Assembly (NCBI GenBank): GCA_907165135.1
Contig: OU015566.1
Span: forward strand, 1,550,001 to 1,614,000
From: Oikopleura dioica
Taxonomy: Eukaryota; Animalia; Chordata
Direction of reading: 5' to 3'
Length of the DNA: 64,000 nucleotides
The notes below the pieces were generated by a model. It was not told where the DNA came from. It did not search any database and saw only the letters and a list, made by a program, of their open reading frames with translations. Position 1 is the first letter of the stretch. Every line of letters begins with the position of its first letter. Of the stretch, positions 1 to 12,060 are shown in pieces. A program made the position numbers and the translations under genes.

Positions 1-2
1 AG

Positions 3-1346
3 GTAATCTCTTGCGAGCGACTTGGTAAGCCGGACAGAGGAAATATGCGATTTCACAAAATCGCTAATGTGAACAAAGCTCTTGATTTCCTTAAAAGAAA
101 AGGTATTCGATTGGCATCCATTGGTGCCGAGGAGATCGTCGACGGCAACGTCAAAATGACCCTTGGTATGATCTGGACAATCATTCTCAGATTTCACATC
201 CAAGACATCTCTGTGGATGATTCTTCGGCCAAGGAGGGTCTCCTTCTTTGGTGTCAGCGAGAAACCTCGACGTATAGTAATGTTGACGTCAAAAACATCG
301 ATAAAAGGTTTTCAGAATACAGTTAATATAAGATGAATAAATAATATTTCCGAGCAAAATGAGATGAAATAGAGGGACAGCTTGCATTTTATTTTCAGTA
401 GAACAATCTAGATAAATTCGAAAATTTTGCTTTGATAAAAAATTTTCTAGCTGGAAAGATGGACTCGCTTTCTGTGCGTTGATTCACAAACATAGACCTG
501 AGATTCTGCCACAGTTTTATGATCTTAAAAAGGTACTTTTAAAATCTGATGGCATCTTTATTCTCCTTCATAAAATACTTGCTCAGGAAGATCCGTTTAC
601 AAATCTCAACTTGGCCTTCGATATTGCTGAAAAACACCTCGACATCCCAAAGATGCTCGATGCTGAATGTAAAAAACATATCTTATTGACTATTTGATTC
701 AATGTTAAGATCTTGTCAACAATCCAAAACCTGATGAGCGTGCTGTCATGACATATCTTTCCAGCCTTTACCATTGTTTCAATGAGAGGCAATATCAATT
801 ATTGAATTAAATTATCAACCTTATTTTAAGTAATCTCAATAATAATAATAGCGAAAATTTAACGAAGGTAAATGACAATGGTTCCAAGAAAAATGATACC
901 GACGAAAATCTTATGAATGAGAATTCTGCAGCAAAAATCATCGATGATTTTAATGAACTAAATCTGAACCCGGATTCTTCGGTGCACCCGAAAACGATTC
1001 AAAAGGATTATTTAAAGTCGACAGGAGAAAGTTTTGACATTAATAAGAAAACAAATTCTGGAATGATAAATAAAAAGACGACGGCTCAAGAAGAATTCAA
1101 AAAGCAAGAAACCTTGGAAAAAAAGAATGGTTCTTTCTTGATATGTTTTAGTAATTATTTATTTTTCTAGCGTTAACTAGAGAATGCAAAATTTGCTGTG
1201 AAAATTTCGACGAAATCCGTTTTGAATGTGTTCTTCTTTGTGGACATCGATTTTGCAAAATTTGTATTCAAGAGATGCCCCAGAAGTTTTGCCCTGTCTG
1301 CAGAAAAGGTTACAGACCGGAACAAGCTATCAAGCTTTTTGACTAA
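3..1346 (+). CDS. Alpha-actinin-type actin-binding domain (CH1-CH2) fused to a low-complexity linker and C-terminal RING-HC finger; 5' end lies outside the window
   Basis: Exons translate to actinin ABD motifs ([39 protein letters not shown]; [18 protein letters not shown]; [19 protein letters not shown]; PDERAVMTY). Introns 308-450, 533-586, 669-709, 789-830 (GC-AG) and 1130-1170 keep one frame to [19 protein letters not shown], stop at 1344-1346. Confidence 0.8.
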
Positions 1347-1451
1347 GCTGACTGTCTGATAATTAAAAAACGAATCGTGAAGTGAAAGTGTATTGAAAAG
1401 GGCAGTATGAAAAAAAGGAATATTTTCAAAGGCGAATAAACAGAGAAAAAA

Positions 1452-4400
1452 TCATACAACGAAGTCGAGATAGTAGACCATTTGGCGACGATTATTCCAG
1501 ACGAAGAGAGCTTTCTCGCGCATGTTGTATTGCATTTGCACGATATGACTAAAATAAAAAAAATTTCGAAATCGACGAAGAGAATTATTTACTGATAGCT
1601 GTCTGGGTACTCCACATGAATATCTCTTGTTCTTCCGCTGATTGTATCGATCGCGTATCTATAAAAAAGAAAGAAGAGCATTCTTTTGAAAGTTTACCGA
1701 ATAACACCATCTTTCTTCCCATCAGGCTCGGTCGCATAGAGGACACCACACATCATGAAGATATGCCCTATCTGCTTTGTCGTCGTAGAAGTTTCGATAA
1801 TTTGCTTGACGCTCAAATCCTTAGGGTCGAGGAGCTGAAGCTTCAACCGCTCTTCTTGGTGGTAGTCTTGTGGGCTTACTGACGGGTAGATCACCTTAAT
1901 TTTATTTTTTGAAAACCAGTAGGTAGATGAAAATCCTACCCAGAGACCCCGTTGATCAACCGAAAGCGTAATCCAACTATGCCCTTTCCACGTAAAAGGC
2001 GAGTCAGAATCGTAAATTGCGTCGGAAAGATGTGTCCAGGCGACCATCTCCTGATCCTTCAGGTTGTAACTCACGATATTGCTGAAAACAGAAATTCTTC
2101 TCAATAAGCTCATTTTTTCCTTACCGGGTAAAAGCCCGATTGTAGTAGAAATGCTCATTGTAGACCACATGACCAGTTCCGATGTAGTAGAAGGGGAGAG
2201 TGTGGCGTTTTCGATACCGGAGGTCCTTAAAATGATTAAGAAAAGGGATGAAGAGGGGGGAGGGACAAACCCTGAATCGTTTGGTATCAGAAAACTCCAG
2301 AAGATGATTTCCATAGTAAAAATTCGCGACATAAACGGCTCTTCTTCCACTAGAACTTTTCGGCTTTATTTCGAGATGATCATTTATAAATTTTGAAAGA
2401 GAGAAAAAGTGGTATCTTGAAATGGGAATGATCAATTAGACGGGTAGGAAATCATTCAAATAAATCTCTCATTAGGACGCCTGTGGCGGTATAAGCGAGC
2501 CGCCACCGGATCTCATGGATCATCTCTCGCGCACTCTGAGTTCCTTTGGATCCATCATCCACGCGCCTTCGCGGCGACCCCATGTGTGGAAAACTTTTGC
2601 CTGTCTTCGTGTTTTACAGACAATAGAAGCTAAAGAATCTCTTATTTCCGACTTTTTCGAAAAAAGGGAAGTCTAAAAGATAATCTTCTAATGATAGCCA
2701 AGCTTAAAATTTATGATTTTCGAATCGAAAATTTTTCGATACCTACCTCCTTATTTCAATCAAAATATAAATCAAGTCTTTTGTAAAACAAATCCTTTCT
2801 CACATTATTCAGCGTCCATGTGCAAAGGCTGTTGCTGATTTCTCGCCGCGACTTGTCATCTCGTTTCCTTTTCGTTTGTGACATCACTTGAGTGATTGGT
2901 TTTGGTGTTGTTAGGAGAAGCGTTGTTGGTTTTGAAGTTGGAATGGAAGTTGTTGATTTTCGCGTCGTTGTAGTTATAGTTGTTTTCTTTGTTGTTGTCG
3001 ATGTTGTCGTCGTTGTCGTAGTCGTGCTTGTCGTGGTGGTTGTGGTCGTTGGTTTCTCTGTTGTTGATGTGGTTGTCGTTGAAGTGGTCGTGGATGTTGT
3101 TGTCGTTGTTGTTGGCTTCTTTGTTGTCTTGGTTGTAGAAGTCGTTGATGTTGTTGAAGTGGTCGTTGTTTTGATGGTTGGTTTTGAGGTTGTTGTAGAA
3201 ATCGTTGTTGTTTTTACAATTTGAGACTCTGTTGTTTCATTATCTTCAATGTTTAATCTCCTCGTCGTAATTTCATTGTTTTCATGAAATTTGTTTACTT
3301 TACAATCGGTTGACAAAATTATACGTTCTTTTGAGTGATTTTTTAAAGCGAAATAGATTTTGCTAACCAATAACTGAGCTAAGCGAAACATCCATTTCAA
3401 ATAACTTTGAAGTCATTTTCGGCTGATCCGTCGAGTTTTTCTCCTCGATCCTTGGCATTGTTCTCGTCAAAATGCCAATTGTTGCCGGCGCAGCTGGAGG
3501 ATTTTTGGTAGGCGTCACGATTTCCGGCTCTTCAAAAGGGATAACGGTTGTGGTTTCTGTTTTCGTTGCTGTTGTTGTTTCAGAAATCGGCGTTGTTGTT
3601 TGCTTTTCTTTTTCAAATCGCGTCATTTCTGGAAGCTCAAAAACAGCACTTGTCACGGATTCTTCATTTTCCAGCGTCTGAAAAAAGAGGGATGAGAAAA
3701 ACTTCCGTCGAACCGGATTCGAACCAGTGACCTAGAGATAACTGCTAACCCTCTACAGTCTCCCGCTCTGCCAACTGAGCTATCGACGGGCGGAAGTGCT
3801 AATTTTATGAACCATTAATATACAAGATATCGGCTCGACACAATTTCAGGAGTTAAGAAGATTTGGAGTGACAAAACCTGGAGCAACCGAAATTTTCAAA
3901 CCGATTTTTAAGGGTGTTAGGGGCCTCCCGGCCCCCTCAAACCCTGGCGAAAACCCGGCTTTGGGCCCGGGCTTTCTTTTGACCGAGTCAGATATCCTTA
4001 ATTATGACTTTAACACCCTTAAAAATCGGTTTGAAAATTTCGGTTGCTCCAGGTTTTGTCACTCCAAATCTTCTTAACTCCTGAAATTGACTTTTGCCCA
4101 AGATATCATATTTAATCCCCCTCTACAAGATTTAAAGAAAATATGTTTATTTTTTTGTCAAAAAGAAGTTCCAGAAAATGCCATAAATAACTCTTGAAAC
4201 AGCGAAAAAACATATTTATGGTTCCTGCTTCAAATATTTAATACCGTTGTTTCCGCCGTAGTCGTAGTCGTAATCTGCTCGTTTTCGTCAGCTTTCTGCT
4301 TCCGCGCGCTTTCAACGAGCTCTTTGAACTTGCTCGACTTGTTCTCTTCCTCGATGATTCCGACAAGATTGTCGAGTTTTGACTTGAGAACGGATGTCTT

Positions 4401-4869
4401 GTCCAGAAGGTTTCCGGAAAAGGACTTTTCCATTTGGACCATGGCGAGGACCATGTGGCTCATTGTGTCGTGCATTTTGTTGAAAGAAATTGAGGTCTTG
4501 AAATCTTCGAGCTCGGTTAACACTTCTCGTAGTTCCTTTTAAATGAGTTTTCAAATATAATATAATATAATATAATATTGGATTTTGTCTTCAAACTCAT
4601 TTCTTGATCGTTGCACTGTCGTCCGGCAAACACTCTGTTTTCACTGGAGGATCTTCGCATGTGCACTGACAGTCGCTCCCAGAAGATATCGCTTCGACGG
4701 AAAAGAAGATTTGAAAACCCTTGCCATTCGGGCACGGCTCTCGCGAATCTTCATGCAATTTGCATCGGCATTGGCAATCACTCCCAATTCCATTCGATTT
4801 AAGGGCGTCAACGGATATCTGAATCGACAGTTTTCGACTTTTTCCCATTAGTTTAATATTTAAGCTCAT
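1452..4869 (-). CDS. OLFML2: Olfactomedin-like 2 (photomedin-type) secreted glycoprotein, multi-exon; 5' end not resolved
   Basis: N-terminal CQCRC...[17 protein letters not shown] motif as in OLFML2A/B, then a coiled coil (4245-4520) and a Thr-rich mucin stretch (2890-3240). Olfactomedin domain motifs [47 protein letters not shown]; stop at 1452-1454. Confidence 0.85.
3704..3789 (-). tRNA. trnY-GTA: tRNA-Tyr(GTA) with 13-nt intron, nested in an intron of the olfactomedin gene
   Basis: CCGTCGATAGCTCAGTTGGCAGAGCGGGAGACTGTAG[AGGGTTAGCAGTT]ATCTCTAGGTCACTGGTTCGAATCCGGTTCGACGGA. Acceptor stem pairs, A and B boxes present, T5 Pol III terminator immediately downstream. Confidence 0.95.
3841..4089. 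mobile_element. Foldback/MITE-like element with 79-bp perfect inverted arms
   Basis: 3841-3919 is the reverse complement of 4011-4089, around a 91-bp GC-rich spacer. No clear TSD. Confidence 0.8.
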
Positions 4870-6062
4870 AAATAACCCTCTTTTTTATTCCCCAAAAACC
4901 GTTGACCTTGTTGAAAAGCTCAAAGGATGATATCACGCTTTTGGATTAGCAAGGACACGGTGGTAAAAAGTTGTGGTCTGTAATTGACTACTGTTTTTGC
5001 TTCATTTTATTTTGATTTGATAAATCACAACATTATTTGAGCCGAGCGATCAATCCATAAACGGCTGTAATCATCATAATTTAAACACTTTTGTCAGACT
5101 TTGACGTCCGCCGCCTTTGTTGCGTGTTTAAGACTAGCCATTATCGTTAAAATCGAGGCAGGCCACTTCAAAAGATCTTTTCGAGTTAATCTACTACCGA
5201 CGAAATTGAATTAAGCTCATCAATGAATCAGCAAAAAAGGAAACAATTATGAAAAAAAAACAAAGTTTTTCCACAAAAAAATTGGATGGAAAATCCAAAT
5301 CTTTTAAAATTTTCTATCAAATTTAACGTCCTTTTATATTAATTTCACTTTTTTATCAACGAAATTTTCTATCAAAAATCAACATATCGACTTTGTCAAG
5401 TTTTTTGCCTCAAAAATAGGATAGGACTTGCTTTTTAGGCAAAAAAATTTAGATGAGTTTTTCATTAATTACCTGATTAAAAATTGCTATAAAAATTGCC
5501 GCTTTTAAAATTCTTCTCATTCTTGCCCTTCTTTCTTTTTTCTCGATTCTGTCTTCAAAAATTTTCAGTTTTCATTTTTTTATTTTCTTTGTCAATTTCA
5601 TTCTTTTTTCGATCCTCTTTCTTGTTTTTCCTTCTCGAGCTTGTTTAGTTTCTTCAGTAAAAATTATCGGCGGCGCTGTTTTTTTATCTCTTTTTTTCTT
5701 TCTACGGCGCCCTCGGAAAACAACGACGGAAAAACGGTCAACAGACGGGCTGAGAGGAAAAAGGGTTGAAAAGGTGATAAGGTCACAAAATCGCTGGGCA
5801 AAAGAAGGACTCCTTTTTTTGAGGCTTTCAAGGGAGGTGCTTACAAGCGACACTTTGTGACAGATGCTCTCGCCAAAGCCGAAACGGGACAATGTCAACA
5901 GCTAAGGCCCAGTGAGATTAGCTTCAAGGGCAGCTAGCGTTGTTTTATGATTTAGGGGATATCGGCAAAGGATTATTTTTTGACTCATGTTTAGGCTCAT
6001 GTTTATTTTAAGCTTTTAATATTTCGCCAAGAGATTTTTTTATATTTAAAAGAACTGGAACC

Positions 6063-6270
6063 CTAACCCTGAGCTTGCTGAGCTGTTGTCAAAATGGAGC
6101 TCGCGTCTTTCAAAAGCAACTGAGCTGAGCTGAGCTAGCTAAGCTGAAGTCAAAATTTAGCTAGCTGAGCTGAGCTGGCTTTTTTTAGAAAAAATGAGCT
6201 GAGCTTAGCTGACTCTCTTCTCGAAATTGCTGAGCTGAGCTGAGCTGAGCTTAGCTGTAGCTCAGGTTAC
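6063..6270. repeat. (CTGAG)n-rich element with imperfect inverted ends
   Basis: Many GCTGAGCTGAGC runs; ends TAACCCTGAGCT ... AGCTCAGGTTA; CCCTAACCCTAACCC nearby at 6361. Confidence 0.55.
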
Positions 6271-6666
6271 TTAGATAGGTCAGCTAGCTAAGTTCAGAAA
6301 ATTTGCAACTTTGAAGCTAACGCTAACCGGAACCCCGACCTATACGGCTAGGATTCGTAGCCCTAACCCTAACCCCTTTTTTCGACCATTCTAGCGCTCT
6401 TCAATAATATGTTTTTTTTTCGAAGCTGTCCCGTGCAGACCAGGTGGCAATCATAATTACGTTATAGCACTTCTCTTCAGAGAGCTGTGACCTTATGAAA
6501 ATCACCATTTCGCCCAGCTCATCTGTCAACGCCGGAAATCTCGAGTGCGACCACCCTCAACTACAAATGTCAAATCGAAGACATTGATCGGTTGCGTCTT
6601 GATTCACAGCCAAATATTTTTCGTTTTATAATCTGAGTGAAGATTTGGAAGAGAGGCAATTTATCA

Positions 6667-8180
6667 TGTCTTCGCAGGTTTTCTTCTTGCTTTGCCAAGA
6701 AACTCTTCGCTCAAAACGGTCAAATTATCCGCTTTGGAAGTTTCCAAATTTTCTTGTAAAACAAAAATTGACTCAGTTGTCGAACTGTCAGGAAAAAAGT
6801 CGTGACGACGACTCTCATAAACCGGGTTTTTCGTTTTTATCTTCAGAATTGTTTTTCTTTCTTACTCGAGATCAACTTCGATGGTTATAGAGGAAGAGTT
6901 CGAGAGCAATTCAAATGGGCAGCCCAAAATCAAGGTGATCAGAATTCGAAAAAAAGGAATAATGTAGATTTGAAAGTGTCTCGACTGCCATTGGATTGGC
7001 GTTCTAAGACAGAAAGATGATAAGGTCTACTTGTGCCCAGAAGAAGTTTTGTCTACGAGAAGCGTTCACACACGCAAACGCGACTTGAAGGAGGGGTAGT
7101 CGTGTTTAACAAGCTTTTTTTCATTACTCAAAACTTGAATATGATCACCCCATTTATTCAGAAAGAGCCGACGATGAAAAAAGTCGCCAGAAAATTGACC
7201 CTTGGAAAGCACGGATTCTCAACGCCCGGTCAGCAACGTTTTTACCTTGGAAATGGTTCAATCTTCTGGATAACCATCATCCTTATTAGTAATTTTCGTT
7301 AAATATAGTAGATAAAACGCTGTTTTTCCAGCGAATTGGTACTCTCTTCAAAGGTCACGAGGAGTAACGACATTTCTTACTTCGACTTGTCACCGCAACT
7401 ACAAAAAATGCGTGAAAATCACAACAATGGATTACTGCGGCCATTTGATGAAGGAATGCCACGAAACCGAGATGTTTATTCTTCCCGAGCCAATTTCAAA
7501 GATCGACCATGCAAAGGCTGAACCCTTAGTTTTCTCCGAAGAAGAAAATGATCTGAATTTCCTCCGATGTCAGAAGAAACAGTTCTACGACCAGAATATA
7601 TGCCGCCATCTTTGCTCAAAGACACTCGTACTTGAATCAACGCTGGCTAGTCCAGTTTCTCCTTGTGAATCAATTTGCTTCGAACTGACTAAATCAAGTA
7701 AGGGTGCCGGTGAAATCTGCCCAACTCAGAAATATTGCCAAACTGGCTGTCCGTGTCCTTTTTATGACTGCGAAAAAATGGAGTCGCGACAAAAAATGAT
7801 TCCTGTTTTTGAAACAAACTCAACAGATAGTATCAAATCGGGGACTTTCAATACTGAAACAAATACAGGCAGTAACATGGAGTTGATCACTGCCCGTTGG
7901 AATGAACGAGAAAATGAAAAACGCTTATTCTTTAAAATAAGCTTTTCCGATTTTGATGAGAATTTTCAAACAATCAATACTTCTGACTCGTTCTTTTCTT
8001 ATGAACGTTTTTGCTGACTCTTTTTTTAAATTAATCTCAAATCGACAAAAACGCAAAGTCGATGGGTGCAACTTTTTTAAATGGCGAGCACTATTTGGTT
8101 GATGCGATTGGTAGCTTGATGAGGCTGAGAGAAAATGGCGATACACCTATTTTTATCCCGAATCGGCATAAAAAAATGTA
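6667..8180 (+). CDS. Uncharacterised multi-exon Cys-rich protein (CPTQKYCQTGCPCPFYDC motif); ends approximate
   Basis: ORF 7033-7302 splices in frame (intron 7255-7331) to ORF 7412-8017, which has a dense Cys cluster; probable last exon GATFLNGEHYLVD at ~8060-8180. Confidence 0.5.
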
Positions 8181-8564
8181 AGTAGAATTTTCATATTTTT
8201 GGCAACTGATTGGCCGGTAAGCAGAATCCAGGATTCTGATTGGCTGTAAATTTCTTCGAAAAAATTGTCTCGATTTTTTTTTGTCGGCTCCTAACTGATC
8301 CCCCTTAATAAATCTAAGAAAATGATTTTCTCGTCTGTTTAGAGGTTTTTTTGTATTCCATTTTGGATCCTCGATTGGAACTCATCACATTGAGATTCGT
8401 TTAAAAGAGAACGACAAGAAGATCTTTCCCGTGGTGGCCATCTGAAAAAGGTCTTAAAATAATAGAAAGTCACTAGTAATTGTCTTTAACATGATTTTTG
8501 ACCAGAAACAAGTTCTCCGACTGCACGAAGCGATAAATGCTTTTATTTTGCTCCAGATTACCAT

Positions 8565-8879
8565 TTGAATCGATTTGAAGAGGCGCAAGGCTACATCGCG
8601 AGCAACCATTTCAACGCAAAAATGAGTTCAGTCAGCTTCAATGACATTTTCTATTTGATGAGTGTGACGATGGGCGACTATTATATAAAACTGTCCAAAA
8701 CAGTCGCACTTAACCGTTTAAGAAAAAGTGAAGAGCTAGAAAAAGGATGGAGAAAAGATGAAATACAGCTTCCGCCAGAATTCAGAGACTTGGATCCTGT
8801 CCATATCATCCCTTTGATAAGAGTTCAAAGAAGAATACTCATTTTTTTTGGGTTAAAACAATTGATGGAAATGATTTAG
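8565..8879 (+). CDS. Possible exon of an uncharacterised protein
   Basis: 104-codon open frame after a plausible acceptor (ctccag); no recognisable domain. Confidence 0.3.
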   Translation: MNRFEEAQGYIASNHFNAKMSSVSFNDIFYLMSVTMGDYYIKLSKTVALNRLRKSEELEKGWRKDEIQLPPEFRDLDPVHIIPLIRVQRRILIFFGLKQLMEMI

Positions 8880-9030
8880 TGGATCAGGGTGATAATTGGC
8901 CGGTCGGCCGAATACAGCAATCTTATTGATACTCAAAAATGCACTTCCATAAATTGGTTAAATCCCCTATTACTCAAAAAATCTCAGCAATATGAACAAG
9001 ATATTGTTTTTGAATTCAAAATAGAAAGAT

Positions 9031-10408
9031 ATGGGTAGACTTCTTCTTATTTTGGTCACAAGGAGTGTTGTTCTATCAAATTCACTGTACTCATTGTTGT
9101 TGGAAGCTGGCGGAAAATTTTTAAGGAGGGGGTCGACGAGAAAAATTTTTTCGCTTTTTCAAAATTTTGGTTATTTTTTTGGATTCCTTAATAAAAAAGG
9201 AACATTTTTCGTCTCCAGCTTTTTTGGCATTGACCAACTTTTTTTACCAAAATTTTCGTATCATTATCAGTAAAAAATTCCAAGTCTCGGCGCTTTTGGT
9301 AAAATTCTCCGAGAAAAATGAGCAAGAATGACGATTTTTAGGAAAATCGCATATTTTTAGTGAACAGAAAAATTTTTTTTTAATAAAAGCAGCCCGTTTT
9401 ATATTGCCGCCGTCGTATTTTAAAGGGTTTCAACTTACTATTAATTTAATTTGACGAAGAAAAAAAATCCCGTTTTCGAGATTTTTTGGTAACGAGTATT
9501 CCCCACTTTGACTCAATTTTTTGAAAATTTTTTCGAAAAAATTTTTTTTCTCGTTTTCGCCGCTGTATTTTTCAAACACTTTTCTTTCCCCCTGAAAAGT
9601 CAGAATTCGCCTATCTAAGCAGGTTTTTCCGGATTTTTGGTTACAGAAATCCCGATTCTCGTCGACCTCCCCCTTAAGCTTGGGAAGCGAGTGGATTGGC
9701 TCTCTTGTTAAATACGAAGAAAAATCTATCTGTTATTCAAGGTTGTTTGCTTTTGATGATCTCTGGTACACAGACCAAGGTGGATTCAACAACGACGAAT
9801 GCGAGTATTTTGGAAATGGAATCATCCACGAGGAGAGAATCTTTGTACAAAATTATGTTTTTGATTCACTATTTGAATTTGTGTTTAACTTTGAAGAAAT
9901 AAACATGGACATTATCCAGAGGGACGCCAGAAAGAAAATGCACGTGACGAGCAATCCCTATTTTGCGTTTCACGACGATGTCTTTCCCGCTTTCGCGAAA
10001 AATGCCGCCTCTCAGCCTCAATTTCCTCATCCAAGTTTCTACCACCAAACGATCATTCCTGACAACTTCTTTTCTTCGTTAGAAGAAATGACGCATATTT
10101 CAACCATTGAAATGAACTCGAATCGTAATGAGAAACTTCGATTTCAAATTTATTATCAATCTATTTCTTCCGTTGCAGTAGAAATAAATATTCTTGAATG
10201 CAATTTTATTAACGAAGAAACACTTTTTCATTTTGGAATCGGCAAGAATGGCTCGTTTTGGATCGAATCTGACTTTTTCAATAATCGGTTCATTTTTAGA
10301 AAAAGTTCATCTGAAATACAAGATTTTGAGCTTTATTTCAATTCAAATCATTTATTAGAGGCATCTTATATCATTGTTTTTGAGGTTAACTTTGTTGAGG
10401 GGAGATAA
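9031..10408 (+). CDS. Uncharacterised protein with hydrophobic N-terminus, whose ORF is interrupted by a TIR element that can be spliced out as an intron
   Basis: ORF 9031 (MGRLLLILVTRSVVLS...GGKFL) joins ORF 9680-10408 in frame when 9125-9673 plus one TTAA is removed. May continue into the kelch-like exons downstream. Confidence 0.6.
9125..9673. mobile_element. TTAA-flanked non-autonomous TIR element (MITE), candidate introner
   Basis: TTAA|GGAGGGGGTCGACGAGAA ... TTCTCGTCGACCTCCCCC|TTAA: 18-bp TIR with 2 mismatches; TTAA at 9121-9124 and 9674-9677. Confidence 0.85.
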
Positions 10409-10699
10409 CAACGAGTTAAATAAATTCCTATTAAGAACGGGAACAAAAAAATGATGAATTATTCGAGAATAAAGATAAAAGGACTGGAAAATAATAAGAA
10501 ATCAAAAGTCAGAATATTCAAAATGGACGGCAAAGCAAGAGTGAAGAATTTTATTTATATTACTGAAGTTGTCTCTCAGATTAATGTTATCCCATCTTAT
10601 GAGAAGCCTTATGCGATTTTACCTAATTTCCGAAATGGCGAAATGTCAAGAATAAAGGAAATATCCCTCTGAAGCCCAATTTATCACGTAGAAAGCTTT

Positions 10700-12060
10700 A
10701 AGCACTCTATTTATTATTCTAGAAATGCAATAGTAAATGATCGGTTGCATATATTTGGAGGGAACGATAATCAAAAGAGAGTAATAACAGTTTTATAATT
10801 CATTATGATATTTTAATTATTTTTTTATAGATCGCAAGATTAGACGGAACTCAATTTTTTGAATTATCTCTTCGCCTTCCTGAAGAAAGTTCAGGATCGC
10901 ATTATGTTTTAACAATTGAGGAAGGCAGCAAAGGTATCTTATTGTTTTACTTTAATTATTTTACTTGTAATGATGCTCATTCTTTAGCGAAAGCTTAAAA
11001 AGAAAAGAACATTTCAAATTCATTTTTTCATATATATTTGCGATTCATCTCAATTATGATTGTATACCGTGGTTTTCTATCTTAAGAGCGCCCAACTTAA
11101 GAGCGTTTTTGCCAATATTTTCCATATTTTGTCATCTGCAAAAATTCCAACTTTAGAGCGTTTTCGGTTATTTTAAATTAATAATCAGAATAACGTCTAT
11201 TTCAACCTGAAAAAATCATTAAAAAGTTGTTTCTGGCGCTTTTTCTTTGGTAAAATCATTGACTCTGATTCAAAGATCAAAAATATTTTATCATATGTAG
11301 CCTATATAATATAGGTAAAAATGACCTCGGATGCATTGTAAGAGTTCTGAAAAGAGTTCTTTTTAGCATCATTTTTTCCCACTGTCATCCTTGTTTGATC
11401 GTAATTTTTCCAACTTAAGAGCGTTTTGATCAACCCTTGTCATCCGAAAAACGCTCTAAAGATGGAAATCGACGGTGTTTAAGTAATTATTTGTAATTGT
11501 ATGTGCCACATTTTCAATGAATCGACAATAACATCGACTTTTAAACCGAGGGAGGTTCATACAGATGGTGAGCTTGGCTTCTACAATGATCGCTTGATCG
11601 TGATCGGAGGGTATTATGCATATGGAGTTGTTGAGGAATTGACTCAGAACGGATGGAAAATTCTTAAAAATATGAAGCACCCGAAGTAATAATTGAAAAA
11701 AGACATGTTTATTGAAATAATATTTAGAAATATTTATTTTTTTACTGCAGTCGGACTTCCTTCTGGAAGTCTTTTGACTATCTCAGGAATGCATTATATG
11801 AGACGGAATTATTATCCAGACCCGGAACCAATACAAGAAATCTGGCGATTACGCAGAAACGAATGGTCTTTAGCCGGTTCGCTTATTACAGTTAGTGTTT
11901 TTTAACGTTTGATATTTAATCAAGGCATTTATCAAGGGGAGAGGCGATTTCAAAAAAAAACTTTTTATGTCGTTTTTCTAGATCAATATAATTTGTTCAA
12001 CTCCAGGCTTAATGATGAGGCCTTTATTTTGTTATTGCTGTTTGTAACTGCTTTCTAGTT
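10700..12060 (+). CDS. Kelch-like beta-propeller protein exons; boundaries approximate
   Basis: Repeated GG-type blade motifs: NDRLHIFGGNDNQKR, FYNDRLIVIGGYYAYGVVEELTQNGW, SGSLLTISG..IWRLRRNEWSLAGSL; separated by short introns. Confidence 0.55.
11151..11461. repeat. Intronic inverted-repeat element
   Basis: CTTTAGAGCGTTTTCGG (11151) vs CCGAAAAACGCTCTAAAG (11444-11461), plus extra AACTTAAGAGCGTTTT copies. Confidence 0.4.

Noticed and set aside
2892-3224. Val-rich plus-strand ORF resembling a membrane protein
   Set aside because: It is the reverse complement of the Thr-rich mucin exon of the olfactomedin gene.
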